Source of the DNA: Pseudomonadota bacterium
GTDB taxonomy: Bacteria; Myxococcota; JACRCW01; JAFGSX01
DNA: 64,000 bases
Direction of reading: 5' to 3'
NCBI GenBank assembly: GCA_043821645.1
Contig: JBDRCO010000043.1
Location: forward strand, 64,001 to 128,000
How positions within the stretch are numbered: position 1 is the stretch's first letter; each line of letters opens with the position of its first letter. Below are positions 27,835 through 37,944 of this stretch, one piece after another. Made by a program: the position numbers and the translations under genes. A model generated the notes under the pieces. That model was not told the DNA's origin, did not search any database, and saw only the letters and a program-made list of their open reading frames with translations.

Positions 27835-28875
27835 TCAGCGCTCCTCGGTCTCGTCGCTGCTGTAGGCGATGCGCCGGCGCTCGGACACGCGCTGGCCGAT
27901 GTACTTGAGCATGCGCTCCAGCCCCTGGCCGGTGACCGCGCTGATGGCGAAGAAGGTGTGGCCATCGTCTTCGACCGCCTGGCGCAAGTGGCTGGCCAGC
28001 ACCTCGCCGTCGTCGAGCTCGCACTTGCTCAACAGCACCACCTGCTCGAGCCGATCCAGGCCTTCGCCGTAGGCCGCCAGCTCGCCGCAAATGGTGCGGT
28101 AGTCGGCTGCCGGATCGCGCTCGACCTCGGGGCTGGCCTCGACCAGGTGCACGATCAGGCCCACGCGCTCGATGTGGCGCAGGAAGCGATGGCCCAGGCC
28201 ATGGCCCTCGGAGGCGCCAGCGATCAAGCCCGGAATGTCGGCGACCACGAAGCTCAGGTCGTCGCCGACGCTCACCACACCCAGGTTTGGGGTCAGGGTG
28301 GTAAAGGGATAGTCCGCGATCTTGGGCTTGGCCGCCGTGATGCGGGCAATGAGCGTGGACTTGCCGGCGTTGGGCATGCCCACCAGACCGACATCGGCGA
28401 GCAGCTTGAGCACCAGGCGGATGCGCAGGTTTTCGCCGGGCAGGCCGGGGTTGGCAAAGTCTGGAGCCTGCCGGGTGGGGGTGGCGAAGTGCTGGTTGCC
28501 CCAGCCGCCGTTACCACCGCGGGCCACCACGAAGCGCGCGTCGTGCGCCACCAGGTCGGCCAGGATCTCGCCGGTGTCGTCGTTGAGCACGGTGGTGCCC
28601 GGGGGCACCTTGACCACGCGGTCCGCGCCGGAGTGGCCGCTGCACTGCATGCCCTGACCCGGCCGGCCGTGCTCGGCGCGCTGGTGCGGGTGGTAGTAAA
28701 GATCGAGCAAGGTGCCGATCTGCGGCTCGACCAGCAGCACCACATCGCCACCCCGGCCGCCATCGCCACCGTCGGGACCTCCGCGCGGTACGTTGGCCTC
28801 GCGACGAAACGACGCCGAGCCGTTGCCGCCGTCTCCGGCGCGCACGTGCAGCACGACTTCGTCCATGAATTGCAT
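27835..28875 (-). CDS. obgE: GTPase ObgE/CgtA
   Basis: GDGGNG..FRRE..PRGGPDGGDGGRGG, ADVGLVGMPNAGKST, YPFTTL, DIPGLI motifs. Confidence 0.97.
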   Translation of the reverse strand: MQFMDEVVLHVRAGDGGNGSASFRREANVPRGGPDGGDGGRGGDVVLLVEPQIGTLLDLYYHPHQRAEHGRPGQGMQCSGHSGADRVVKVPPGTTVLNDDTGEILADLVAHDARFVVARGGNGGWGNQHFATPTRQAPDFANPGLPGENLRIRLVLKLLADVGLVGMPNAGKSTLIARITAAKPKIADYPFTTLTPNLGVVSVGDDLSFVVADIPGLIAGASEGHGLGHRFLRHIERVGLIVHLVEASPEVERDPAADYRTICGELAAYGEGLDRLEQVVLLSKCELDDGEVLASHLRQAVEDDGHTFFAISAVTGQGLERMLKYIGQRVSERRRIAYSSDETEER

Positions 28876-28931
28876 GGTGGTGTGGGTGGCGGTGCCTCGG
28901 GGAACCGCTGCGATCGGTGACGGGCGGTCGA

Positions 28932-29192
28932 TCAGTCGGCGGCGGGCAGCACCACGGCGCGCGTTCGATCGCGACCCGCGCGCTGGTAGCGCACCACGCC
29001 GTCGATCAGGGCAAACAGCGTGAAGTCCCGCCCCAGACCCACGTTGCGACCCGGGTGGATCAGGGTGCCCAGCTGCCGCACCAGGATGTTGCCAGCCTTG
29101 ACGGTCTGGCCGTCGCCACACTTGAGACCTCGAAACTTGGGCTGCGAATCACGACCGTTGCGCGACGAACCCTGACCTTTTTTATGAGCCAT
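28932..29192 (-). CDS. rpmA: 50S ribosomal protein L27
   Basis: [16 protein letters not shown], and rplU-rpmA-obgE synteny. Confidence 0.98.
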   Translation of the reverse strand: MAHKKGQGSSRNGRDSQPKFRGLKCGDGQTVKAGNILVRQLGTLIHPGRNVGLGRDFTLFALIDGVVRYQRAGRDRTRAVVLPAAD

Positions 29193-29292
29193 CGGGGACC
29201 TCCAGCGGCGAGGGATTCCACCTCTTCCGCGTTACCAGGGGAACCTCTGTGGGTCCCGGCCTGGTCCAGGCGCACAGGCGCCGTTGACGTCG

Positions 29293-29601
29293 TCAGCCCT
29301 TGATACCGGTGATCTTGACCTCGGTGAAGGGCTGGCGATGGCCCATCTGCTTGTGGAAGCCCTTGCACTTGCGCTTGTAGACCAGGATCTTCTTGCCACG
29401 GCCGTGGCGGGCGATCTCGCCCTGGACCTGCGCGCCGGCGACCACGGGCTGGCCGATCTTGGGCTCGCCCTCGCCGCCGGTCATGAGGACCTGCTCGAAC
29501 ACGACCTTGTTGCCGACGTCACCCTCGAGCTGCTCGAGGCGCACGAGGTCACCCTCGCTGACGCGGTGTTGCTTGCCACCAGATGCGAAGACAGCGTACA
29601 T
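29293..29601 (-). CDS. rplU: 50S ribosomal protein L21
   Basis: MYAVFASGGKQHRV...GHRQPFT. Confidence 0.98.
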   Translation of the reverse strand: MYAVFASGGKQHRVSEGDLVRLEQLEGDVGNKVVFEQVLMTGGEGEPKIGQPVVAGAQVQGEIARHGRGKKILVYKRKCKGFHKQMGHRQPFTEVKITGIKG

Positions 29602-29652
29602 GAGTCACCTCTTTGGCCCCGGACGCGATCTCCAGGGGGGTGTGAGCCGCCC

Positions 29653-29681
29653 TGAATACTGATCCGGCTGTCAGCTGTCAA
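29653..29681 (-). promoter_or_regulatory. Sigma70-type promoter of rplU
   Basis: TTGACA-N17-TATTCA about 50 nt upstream of rplU. Confidence 0.6.
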
Positions 29682-29743
29682 GGAGTGGGTTACATAGAAA
29701 GATTGATTGCGAGCGGGAACCCCTTTTTTGTGAGTTCGAAATC

Positions 29744-29956
29744 ATGCGCACGATACTCTCTGCCCTGGTCCTGGGCCTGACCCTGGCCTGCGGTGGCAGC
29801 CCTCCGGCCGACCACACCGAGGCCCACGGCCCTTATCTGCACAAGCCGGGCGGCCAGCAGGCGCGCGATAACTGCGTCGCGTGTCATGGCCAGGATCTCA
29901 AGGGTGGCGACCAGGCCCCCTCGTGCCTGTCCTGCCACGGCCAGACCTGGCAGTAG
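29744..29956 (+). CDS. Small di-haem c-type cytochrome lipoprotein
   Basis: Lipobox LTLAC, CVACH and CLSCH haem-binding motifs. Confidence 0.7.
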   Translation: MRTILSALVLGLTLACGGSPPADHTEAHGPYLHKPGGQQARDNCVACHGQDLKGGDQAPSCLSCHGQTWQ

Positions 29957-29973
29957 GGCGCGGCGCGCCGGGT

Positions 29974-32316
29974 TCAGCGCTCGGTGGTCGAGCCCTCGGC
30001 ACGGGCGACACCCGTGGCAACAAGACCCGCCACCGTCGCCAGCTTGAGCGCACACAGCACGCCGGCGGTGCCCACCGCACCCAGCACAGGCAGGCCGATG
30101 AGGCCGGTGAGCAGTGCCCCCACAGCGGCGCCACCGCAGTCCGCAGCGTCTATCCAGCCCGCCACACGCCCGGGCGCTCCGCGCAGACAGGCGGCCGCGG
30201 CCACGAAGCTGAGTCCCACGCCGGTGCCACCCAGAGCCAGCGCGACGCCTAGCAGCAGGGCGCTGGGCACAGGAGCCAGGCCCGCGCTCACCACCATGAC
30301 GCCACCCAGGGCCGCGGCCAGGGCACCGTTGAGCAGCTCGCTGCCGAGCAGCACGCGCCCGGGGAGGCGAAGGCCCGAGCGCAGCAGCCGCTCACCCAGC
30401 AGGCTGCCGGTGGCGAGGCCCAGCATGAACAGGCCCACCAGGGCCGCCAGGGCGGTGTACAGCACACCCACCCTGTTCTGAAAGGCGTACACCAGGGCCA
30501 CCGCCTCGGCGGTACCGAGCAGCCCAGTGGTCGCGATGGCGAACAGTGGTGCCCGCGCCCGGGCCGCGCTCGAGGGCCGTCGGCGTCGCCACAGCGCCAT
30601 TCCGAGCCCACCCAGCAGCAGGCCAGCGACCAGCCAGGCCGCATGCAGGCCGCGCAGAGCGTGCAGCGCCGTGGCCAGCCAGGGCGCGCTGCGGTGGCCG
30701 AGCAGGATCAGGTTGTAAAAGTAGGTCGCGGGCTGCAGATCGGTATTGGCCGGGACCTCGGACGCGCGCAGCATCGCGTCGAGGGCGCGCTGGCGGTCTG
30801 GCGGCAGCAGCAGCGGCAGCTCGTCGACAGAAAAGTAGTCGCTGTGCAGACCGCGAGCGCGCAGGCGCTGCTGCAAGACCTGCGGCTGTGCCGAGACCAC
30901 CTCGTCGCTGTCGCTGGCGGCCAGGAGGGCCTCGGATCCTGGAATCACCGTGCAGTGCGCAAAGGCCTGGCACAGCGCCTTGTAGGTTGCAGCCGCCGGG
31001 CTGACCGAGGCGTCCCCCAGGTAGGCATCCGCCGCAGCAGCGCGCACCACCAGCACCCCTCCAGGCTCCAGGATGCGGCCAAGCTCTGTGAAAAACTCCA
31101 AGGTAAACGCGCGGTTAAGCATGGCGCTTGTTGGATCCGGCACATCTACCAGCGCCAGGTCGTAGCGCAGCTCGGTCGCCCGCACGAAGCGACGCGCATC
31201 CAGGCCACGCAGGGTCAAGCGCGGATCTGCAAGCGCAGCCCGCGCCTCCTCGGGCAGCTCACTGCGCAGCAGATCCAGCACGGCCGGATCCAGATCCAGG
31301 TAGTCGAGCTGGCTCAGACCATGGTCCAGGGCTTCGCCTGGAGCGCCGGGCAGGCCGCCTCCCACCACCAGCACGCGGCGGGGGCGCGGGTGCTGGGCCA
31401 GGGCCAGGTGAATCAGCGGCGCCTGGGTATAGGGATCGGGCACGGTCCAGGCGTGCTGGCCACTGGCAAACAGGCTCACGCTCTCGCGACTGCCCCGCGC
31501 GGCATCGGCCACACCGGCCAGCACCAGATTCTGGTAGGGGGAGTCGAGCTCGCGCAGCCGGCTGTAGCCGGGGCCGTAGTCCGCAAAGCGCCGCTCCCGG
31601 CTGAACTCGCCCAGGGTCTCGGGCGCACCCCACAGGGTGACCAGCCCACCTGCCACGGCCGTGAGGGCGAGCAGCACGGACACGCCACGATGCCTCAGCA
31701 ACCAGGATGCCAGCGCCGCGCAGGCCAGGACCAGCAGCCCGCCCACGGCCAGCGACAGCTCCACGCCGAGCCGCGGCAGGGCTAGCAGCGACAGCGCGAG
31801 CCCCATGGCCAGACAGGCCAGCGCCTCGGCGGCCAGCACCGTGGACAGCGGGCGCTGTGGCCGCCCGGGCGTCACCGGCCACAGCGCGCACAGGCACGGG
31901 AACAAGGCGCCCAGCAGCGCACTCATGGGCAGCACGGCCACGCAGCACAGGGCGACCAGGGCGCCTGGGCCCAGCACTTCACCCGGGATCACCCCGGCCA
32001 GGCTGCGGGCGCTGCGCAACACCAGCAGCCCGGGTGGCACCAGGGCACACAGCAGGGCCAGCAGCAGGGGCGACCACCGCGCCGGGTACGCGGCCAGCCA
32101 GCGCCCCCCGACCAGGGCACCGACCACGATTCCGGCATGCCACACCGCCAGCACCAGCCCGATGACCAGCTCGTTGCCGCCGAACACCACCAGGGCTTCA
32201 CGAGTCCAGATCGCCTGCACCAGCACCGAGGCTGCACCGGTGGCCAGGGCGAGCAGCAGCGCCGCGCTGGCCCGTGACCTCCGCCCGCCTTCGGCTTGTG
32301 TGACGGTGCTCATCAT
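29974..32316 (-). CDS. Membrane-fused spermidine synthase-like (SAM-fold) protein
   Basis: N- and C-terminal TM bundles, SPYQNL, RVLVVGGG, DARRFV, YDLALVDVPDP, FTLEFF. True start is near 32316; the 1594-aa ORF call includes an antisense extension. Confidence 0.8.
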   Translation of the reverse strand: MMSTVTQAEGGRRSRASAALLLALATGAASVLVQAIWTREALVVFGGNELVIGLVLAVWHAGIVVGALVGGRWLAAYPARWSPLLLALLCALVPPGLLVLRSARSLAGVIPGEVLGPGALVALCCVAVLPMSALLGALFPCLCALWPVTPGRPQRPLSTVLAAEALACLAMGLALSLLALPRLGVELSLAVGGLLVLACAALASWLLRHRGVSVLLALTAVAGGLVTLWGAPETLGEFSRERRFADYGPGYSRLRELDSPYQNLVLAGVADAARGSRESVSLFASGQHAWTVPDPYTQAPLIHLALAQHPRPRRVLVVGGGLPGAPGEALDHGLSQLDYLDLDPAVLDLLRSELPEEARAALADPRLTLRGLDARRFVRATELRYDLALVDVPDPTSAMLNRAFTLEFFTELGRILEPGGVLVVRAAAADAYLGDASVSPAAATYKALCQAFAHCTVIPGSEALLAASDSDEVVSAQPQVLQQRLRARGLHSDYFSVDELPLLLPPDRQRALDAMLRASEVPANTDLQPATYFYNLILLGHRSAPWLATALHALRGLHAAWLVAGLLLGGLGMALWRRRRPSSAARARAPLFAIATTGLLGTAEAVALVYAFQNRVGVLYTALAALVGLFMLGLATGSLLGERLLRSGLRLPGRVLLGSELLNGALAAALGGVMVVSAGLAPVPSALLLGVALALGGTGVGLSFVAAAACLRGAPGRVAGWIDAADCGGAAVGALLTGLIGLPVLGAVGTAGVLCALKLATVAGLVATGVARAEGSTTER

Positions 32317-32379
32317 TTTGGCCAAAACCCTGGGATGCCTGCTAAAAACAGAAGACGCATTATCATGGGTCGGCGCGCG

Positions 32380-34851
32380 ATGGTGAAGATCAGGAACTCC
32401 ACAGTGGGATCGGCCTCCATGCAGAGGCTGCAATCGGGGCCCGACGCCCCGGTGCTGCCAAAGGTGCAGGCCCCCGACCTGGAGCAGACGCAGGATCCGG
32501 GGACCGAAAAAGCCCTCGATCAGGTGCTGGGCGAACGCGCCGCGGTGTTCGTCGACAGTACCACCAAGCCCGGTACGGCGGGCGAAGGCAGCAGCCTCGT
32601 CGAGCTGCGCGCGGCCATCGCCGTGGCCGATGCGGGGATCGCCGGCGACCACGCCAAGAGCGCGGCCGACAGCGCACATGGCTCGCTGGAGACCGCCTTC
32701 CTGTACACCAATCCCCCCGGCGAACCCGGCGCCTCGGCGACGCCGGACAAGAGGCTTGACGTCGCTGCGGACGAGCGCACCGCCTCTATCACGGCCAACG
32801 CCGGGAGCCACAGCGTGTCGGCCTCCGTCGATCGCCTGGGCCTCACCATCGACGCCACGCGCCACGACGCCGGCGACAGCATCAACGCCGGCGCCTTCCT
32901 GATGAAGGACTGGGCCATGCTGTGGGTGGCTGGTGGCACCGACCACGCCGACGGCAGCGCCACGGGCTGGGACGTGGGACCCTACTTCGACCCCACAGGC
33001 GGAGGATTGGCCGCGACCCTGTCGCGCAAGAGCGTCGACGGCGGCGTGTACCGCGTGGGCGGTTTCGGCGGCGGAAACGCCAGTCGCAAGCTCGAAGATC
33101 TCGGCCCCTACCAGGGCGAGCAGCCCGCCCTCAAGGGCACGCGCGGCGTCGAGCTGAGGCGCGAGCTGAGCGCGGACTTCACCGCGACGCCAGGCATGAT
33201 CCTGAGCACCGGGCTCGGCATCGGTGGCCGCCTCGGAGTGGCCAAGGAGAGCACCCTCGTCTACCGCACGCACCTGCCGCCGGATCAGGCGCGCAGCCTG
33301 CTGCACGAGGACGGCAACAAGCTGACCCGCGCCCTGCGCAACAACGCCCGGGCCATCGGACTCAAGGACGAGCCGCTGCCGCCGCCAGACCTGTCCAAGC
33401 TCGACCAGCTCAAGGTCGGTGACGAGGTGACGCTGACCACCGTGGGCAGCCTCAACGGTGGCCTGGCCGTCGGCGCCCCCGCAGCCCTGGGCACGGTGAG
33501 CCTGCTGGGCGCCATGCGCGGCGAGTTCGAGATCAGCGTCACACGCACGAGCACCGATCAGCTCGATGTCACCGTGGTGCCGACCAAGGTGCGCGGGCTC
33601 GAGCTGGCCGGCCGCGCTGTGATCCTCGACGCCGCCATTGCGCGGGCCAGCGCGCGCAGCATGGCCCAGCGCTTTCGCTTTGATCTGAACAAGCCCGAGG
33701 CGGTGCAGGCCTACCAGGCTCTGCTGCAGGGCGAGTTGCCCAGCGGTGGCAACACCCACGACGTCGACAAGATCCCCCCGACACGGATCGGGGACGAGGT
33801 GTTGCCCGCCGGCGTGAGCCGCGGCCCCACCGAGCACGTGGCGGGCAGCGGCTGGCGCTCCCACGCGGACATCGGCTTCACCCTGCTGACCCTGGGCGCC
33901 ACCGTGGATCGCACGCGCTGGGAGCGCGACATCGACGTCGGCGACCTGCGCCTGCACGAGTCCGCCCGCGCCGTCGAGAGGCGCCTGACCATCCCGCTGT
34001 CCGGCGACGAGACCCGCGGCGTGCGCGCCAGCGTGATGTCGGCCAGCCGCTACCAGGGCGGTGAGCGCGTCAGCTCGGAGTTCGCGCGGCTGCGCCTGGT
34101 GGCCACGGTCCACGACAGCAAGGCACGCGGCCTCGAGCTCAACCGGGACATCGACGGCATCAACCAGGCCTTTGGCCTCACGCTCAACCACTTCTCCGAG
34201 AAGTCCCTCAAGAAGTCCCGCGGCATCGAGCTGACCTGCGAACTCAAGGCGAGCGACCTCGAGCAGCTCGCCACCACCGACGACGCGACCCTGCGCGACA
34301 CCGCGCGCGAGTCCGGCACCCGCGCCTCGGGCCTGCTGGTGCTCAAGCAGACCCTGGCCGCCAGCAGCGACCCCCTGGTGCGCGCCGAGGCCGTGCAGCA
34401 GTACCTGGTGCGCGCGGGCTTCGACGGCATGGGCGCCCTGGTGCGGCTGCTCGGCGTGGACCGCGTGGCCCTGACCACCAGCGATGGCGCCCGCGACGAG
34501 CACCTGGCCCAGGCCCAGGCCCTGGCCTTCAAGTACGCGCAGCCGCTGGCCGCCGACGCCAGCAACGACGAAGTCAGCACCCGCTTCGAGCAGGTACTCA
34601 AGCTCGACGAGAAGCTGGTCCGCGTGCGCGCCCTCACCGACGACGATCCCCTGCTCAAGCCCGAGCAGCGCAGCCAGGCCCTGGCGCAGGTCGACAAGGC
34701 GCGCGCCGAGCTCACAAGCTGCCTGAATACGGAGCACCTGAGCACGGACCAGCGGCACACGCTCATCGACCAGCTCGAGCGAGGCTGGACCACGCGCTGG
34801 GAATACCGCGCCATCGAGGCGCTTGAGCCGGGTGCGAAATCCAAGGTCTAA
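32380..34851 (+). CDS. Large hypothetical protein (823 aa)
   Basis: Long ORF with strong GC3 bias. No Sec signal peptide; N-terminus MVKIRNSTVGS. Confidence 0.75.
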   Translation: MVKIRNSTVGSASMQRLQSGPDAPVLPKVQAPDLEQTQDPGTEKALDQVLGERAAVFVDSTTKPGTAGEGSSLVELRAAIAVADAGIAGDHAKSAADSAHGSLETAFLYTNPPGEPGASATPDKRLDVAADERTASITANAGSHSVSASVDRLGLTIDATRHDAGDSINAGAFLMKDWAMLWVAGGTDHADGSATGWDVGPYFDPTGGGLAATLSRKSVDGGVYRVGGFGGGNASRKLEDLGPYQGEQPALKGTRGVELRRELSADFTATPGMILSTGLGIGGRLGVAKESTLVYRTHLPPDQARSLLHEDGNKLTRALRNNARAIGLKDEPLPPPDLSKLDQLKVGDEVTLTTVGSLNGGLAVGAPAALGTVSLLGAMRGEFEISVTRTSTDQLDVTVVPTKVRGLELAGRAVILDAAIARASARSMAQRFRFDLNKPEAVQAYQALLQGELPSGGNTHDVDKIPPTRIGDEVLPAGVSRGPTEHVAGSGWRSHADIGFTLLTLGATVDRTRWERDIDVGDLRLHESARAVERRLTIPLSGDETRGVRASVMSASRYQGGERVSSEFARLRLVATVHDSKARGLELNRDIDGINQAFGLTLNHFSEKSLKKSRGIELTCELKASDLEQLATTDDATLRDTARESGTRASGLLVLKQTLAASSDPLVRAEAVQQYLVRAGFDGMGALVRLLGVDRVALTTSDGARDEHLAQAQALAFKYAQPLAADASNDEVSTRFEQVLKLDEKLVRVRALTDDDPLLKPEQRSQALAQVDKARAELTSCLNTEHLSTDQRHTLIDQLERGWTTRWEYRAIEALEPGAKSKV

Positions 34852-34991
34852 TGCGAAATCGCTTTGATTCGATTCTGTCGTGGGGCCCCGCCTTCACCGG
34901 CGAGTCTTTTTGTCCTCGCAAGCTCGGAAAAAAGCCTCACCTGGGCCCCCCACATCACGCCCAATCAAAGCGATTCGGTGTCATCCCCGCC

Positions 34992-35522
34992 ATGCGCCTG
35001 TTGCTCACCCTGCTGCTGGTCGCCAGCACCGGTGCGTGCTCGCACGTGGTCCTGCTCAAGACCACGCCGCCGGGCGCCTCTGTCTACATCGATGGCGAGG
35101 TCAAGGGCGTGACGCCGCTGTTCTTCGAGGAGGGCACGGGCGCTGGCAAGAGCTACGAGCTGAGGCTCGAGCTCGAGGGCTACCAGCCCGAGCGCTTCGT
35201 GCTGCAGCAGGACCAGTGGTGGGCAAGCTGCGTGGCGCCGAGCCTGTGCCTCATCCCCTTCACCCTCGGTCTGTCGGCGAGCGGCCTGCTGTTCGCGCGC
35301 GCGCTGCGCGATGAGTACCACTACCTGTTGAGGCCGGTGGTCAAACCTGCTGTCCCGCCGCTGCCACCGCCCGAGCCTCCGAGGTCCGCGCCGGCGGCTC
35401 CTTTTGTGCCACCCGCAAAGGTGCCGGACACGGCGCCTGGCGTGCCCGCTGCTTCGGCCAGCGCGCCGGCCTCGCCCGGATCGGCACCGACCGAGACCGC
35501 GTCGCCGCCGACGTCACCCTGA
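34992..35522 (+). CDS. PEGA-domain lipoprotein
   Basis: Lipobox TGAC and TTPPGASVYIDGEVKGVTPL..LEGY. Confidence 0.8.
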   Translation: MRLLLTLLLVASTGACSHVVLLKTTPPGASVYIDGEVKGVTPLFFEEGTGAGKSYELRLELEGYQPERFVLQQDQWWASCVAPSLCLIPFTLGLSASGLLFARALRDEYHYLLRPVVKPAVPPLPPPEPPRSAPAAPFVPPAKVPDTAPGVPAASASAPASPGSAPTETASPPTSP

Positions 35523-35553
35523 GTCCGCGCCTGGCGCGCGACGAGGAGTTCGC

Positions 35554-36018
35554 ATGCTCAAGCCCGATCAGCTCAAGCAGGTGGCCTTGTTCGCCGCGCT
35601 GGAGCCCGCGCACCTGGCCCAGGTGGTCTCCCTGGCCGTCGAGGAGGAGTACCCGGCAGGCGCGCGCATCTTCAACGAGGGCGATCCCGGGGACCGCCTG
35701 TTCGTGATCATCGAGGGCCGTGTGCGCATCTCCAAGCTCATCCCCAATGCCGGCGAGGAAGCCCTGACCATCCTCGAGGCTGGCTCCTACTTCGGTGAGA
35801 TGGCGCTCATCGACGAGAGCACGCGCTCGGCCCACGCCATCGCCCACAGCACCGTGCGGCTGGCCAGCATCGAGCGCACCGCCTTCGAGCAGCTGCTCTT
35901 CGTCAACCGCGACCTGGCCTACGACGTGCTGTGGAGCTTCGTGCGCACCCTGTCGTCACGGCTGCGCGAGACCAACGACAAGCTCAAGACCTTCTTCGTG
36001 CTCAGCGGTGGCTTCTAG
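35554..36018 (+). CDS. Cyclic-nucleotide-binding domain protein
   Basis: GAGGAG RBS, IFNEGDPGD, FGEMAL..RSA. Confidence 0.88.
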   Translation: MLKPDQLKQVALFAALEPAHLAQVVSLAVEEEYPAGARIFNEGDPGDRLFVIIEGRVRISKLIPNAGEEALTILEAGSYFGEMALIDESTRSAHAIAHSTVRLASIERTAFEQLLFVNRDLAYDVLWSFVRTLSSRLRETNDKLKTFFVLSGGF

Positions 36019-36149
36019 GCGCCGGGGCTCGAACGCTCAGGACCCATCACCTGTTGTCTCTTCTGAGCGAGTGATCGCAGCGTCCGGGCACCGCCTCTGT
36101 TCAACAGCGGGTGAATGCTCGAGACGGATAGAAAGGGCGAACGTGCGCG

Positions 36150-36788
<639 letters not shown>

Positions 36789-36799
36789 CGCTCGCCTCG

Positions 36800-37033
36800 T
36801 CAGGCCGGGATGACCTCGCCAAGATCGGGCACCCGCTCCTTGAGCACGCGGGTCACACCGTACAGCAGGGTCATGGTGGCGCCGGGGCAGCCGGCACAGG
36901 CCCCCACCAGACGAACATGAACATCATTGCCCTCGAGCTTGACCAGCTCGACGTCGCCGCCGTCGGCCTGCAGGGCCGGGCGGATCTCATCCAGGGCGTC
37001 GCGAACACTTTGCTCGGTGACCATCTCGAACAC
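36800..37033 (-). CDS. NifU/NfuA C-terminal domain Fe-S carrier
   Basis: IRPALQADGGDVEL..GACAGCP. Confidence 0.92.
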   Translation of the reverse strand: MFEMVTEQSVRDALDEIRPALQADGGDVELVKLEGNDVHVRLVGACAGCPGATMTLLYGVTRVLKERVPDLGEVIPA

Positions 37034-37075
37034 TCCAGTCCGTGTGTCTCCTCGACGGGAGAACGGCAGGTACTA

Positions 37076-37100
37076 TTGACATCACGACGTCACCTGTCAA
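37076..37100. promoter_or_regulatory. Inverted repeat TTGACA-N13-TGTCAA / promoter upstream of the NifU-like gene
   Basis: Seen directly. The minus strand also reads TTGACA-N17-AATAGT. Confidence 0.5.
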
Positions 37101-37136
37101 CAGAAGACGCCCCGCGTCATGCACCCTCTATGTAGC

Positions 37137-37170
37137 AAAAAAGCCTGCCCCGCGCAGGGCGAGGCAGGCT
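37137..37170 (-). terminator. Intrinsic terminator after the T3SS rod-like gene
   Basis: AGCCTGCC-loop-GGCAGGCT followed by TTTTT on the minus strand. Confidence 0.75.
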
Positions 37171-37195
37171 CGAGAGAGAAGGGATTCGGTGGACT

Positions 37196-37711
37196 TTAGA
37201 CCTGCGTTTGCATGGTCTGCTTGACACCGCTGGTGGCCTTCTCGACCACCTTCGAGGTCAACTCCAGTTCCTGCGAGTACTTGTACACGCTGGCCTGGAT
37301 CGCGAGCAGCTGCTGCGGGTCGAACTTCTTGCCGCTGGTGGCCAGCTTGATGATGGAATCGAGCTTGCCCTGGCCCTCGACCATGCCGCCAAGCAGGTTC
37401 TTGAAGCCCTTGCCCATGGTCTCCTTGCCCGGCTCCACCGCGTGGGTGGTGTCCGAGGCATTGAGCTTGGCCGCCTTGAGGGTCTCGACAGCCTTGTTGG
37501 GGCTCTCGACCTTGTTGACCTCCGAGACATGCTGCAGCTGACTGACCTGGCTGGCCTGGTTGACCTGGCCGGCCTGCTGCGTGGCCATCACGTCCTGGAA
37601 CTTGTTGACCTGCTGGGTCTGTTGATTCTGAACCTGCTGCTGGGCTTGCTTCTGGATCTCCTCGACGATCTTCTGCGAGGCCTGCCCCAGAGCGCCAACG
37701 GGATTTGCCAT
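37196..37711 (-). CDS. Type III secretion inner-rod/needle-like protein (SctI/SctF-like, myxobacterial type)
   Basis: GGAGG RBS, Gln-rich N-terminus, C-terminal FDPQQLLAIQASVYKYSQELELTSKVVEKATSGVKQTMQTQV helical hairpin typical of rod/needle subunits. Confidence 0.7.
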   Translation of the reverse strand: MANPVGALGQASQKIVEEIQKQAQQQVQNQQTQQVNKFQDVMATQQAGQVNQASQVSQLQHVSEVNKVESPNKAVETLKAAKLNASDTTHAVEPGKETMGKGFKNLLGGMVEGQGKLDSIIKLATSGKKFDPQQLLAIQASVYKYSQELELTSKVVEKATSGVKQTMQTQV

Positions 37712-37815
37712 CACATCCTCCCTCGCGAGATGCGCGCGGCATCTCGGGGTGTGGGGACAGAAATCGGTCCCCGCTCCGCCGCGGTCCATGTACGGTCCCG
37801 CTGCGAACAAGGCCA

Positions 37816-37843
37816 TTATCGGCCGCGGAGGCTGGGGGGTTGC
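37816..37843 (-). promoter_or_regulatory. Sigma28-type promoter
   Basis: GCAAC-N15-GCCGATAA. The -10 is a perfect FliA consensus and lies directly downstream of a FliA-like sigma gene. Confidence 0.65.
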
Positions 37844-37944
37844 GGCAGAACACCGCCGGTCGCTGGGCGATTCTCTCGTGATGATAAGATATTACAAAAA
37901 AGGCAGGCAGACCGGCAGGACGCGAGCACCCATGAAAAGTGGCC

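Noticed and set aside
32317-34758. N-terminal half of the 1594-aa minus-strand ORF
   Set aside because: Antisense shadow of the plus-strand gene 32380-34851. The real membrane protein starts near 32316.
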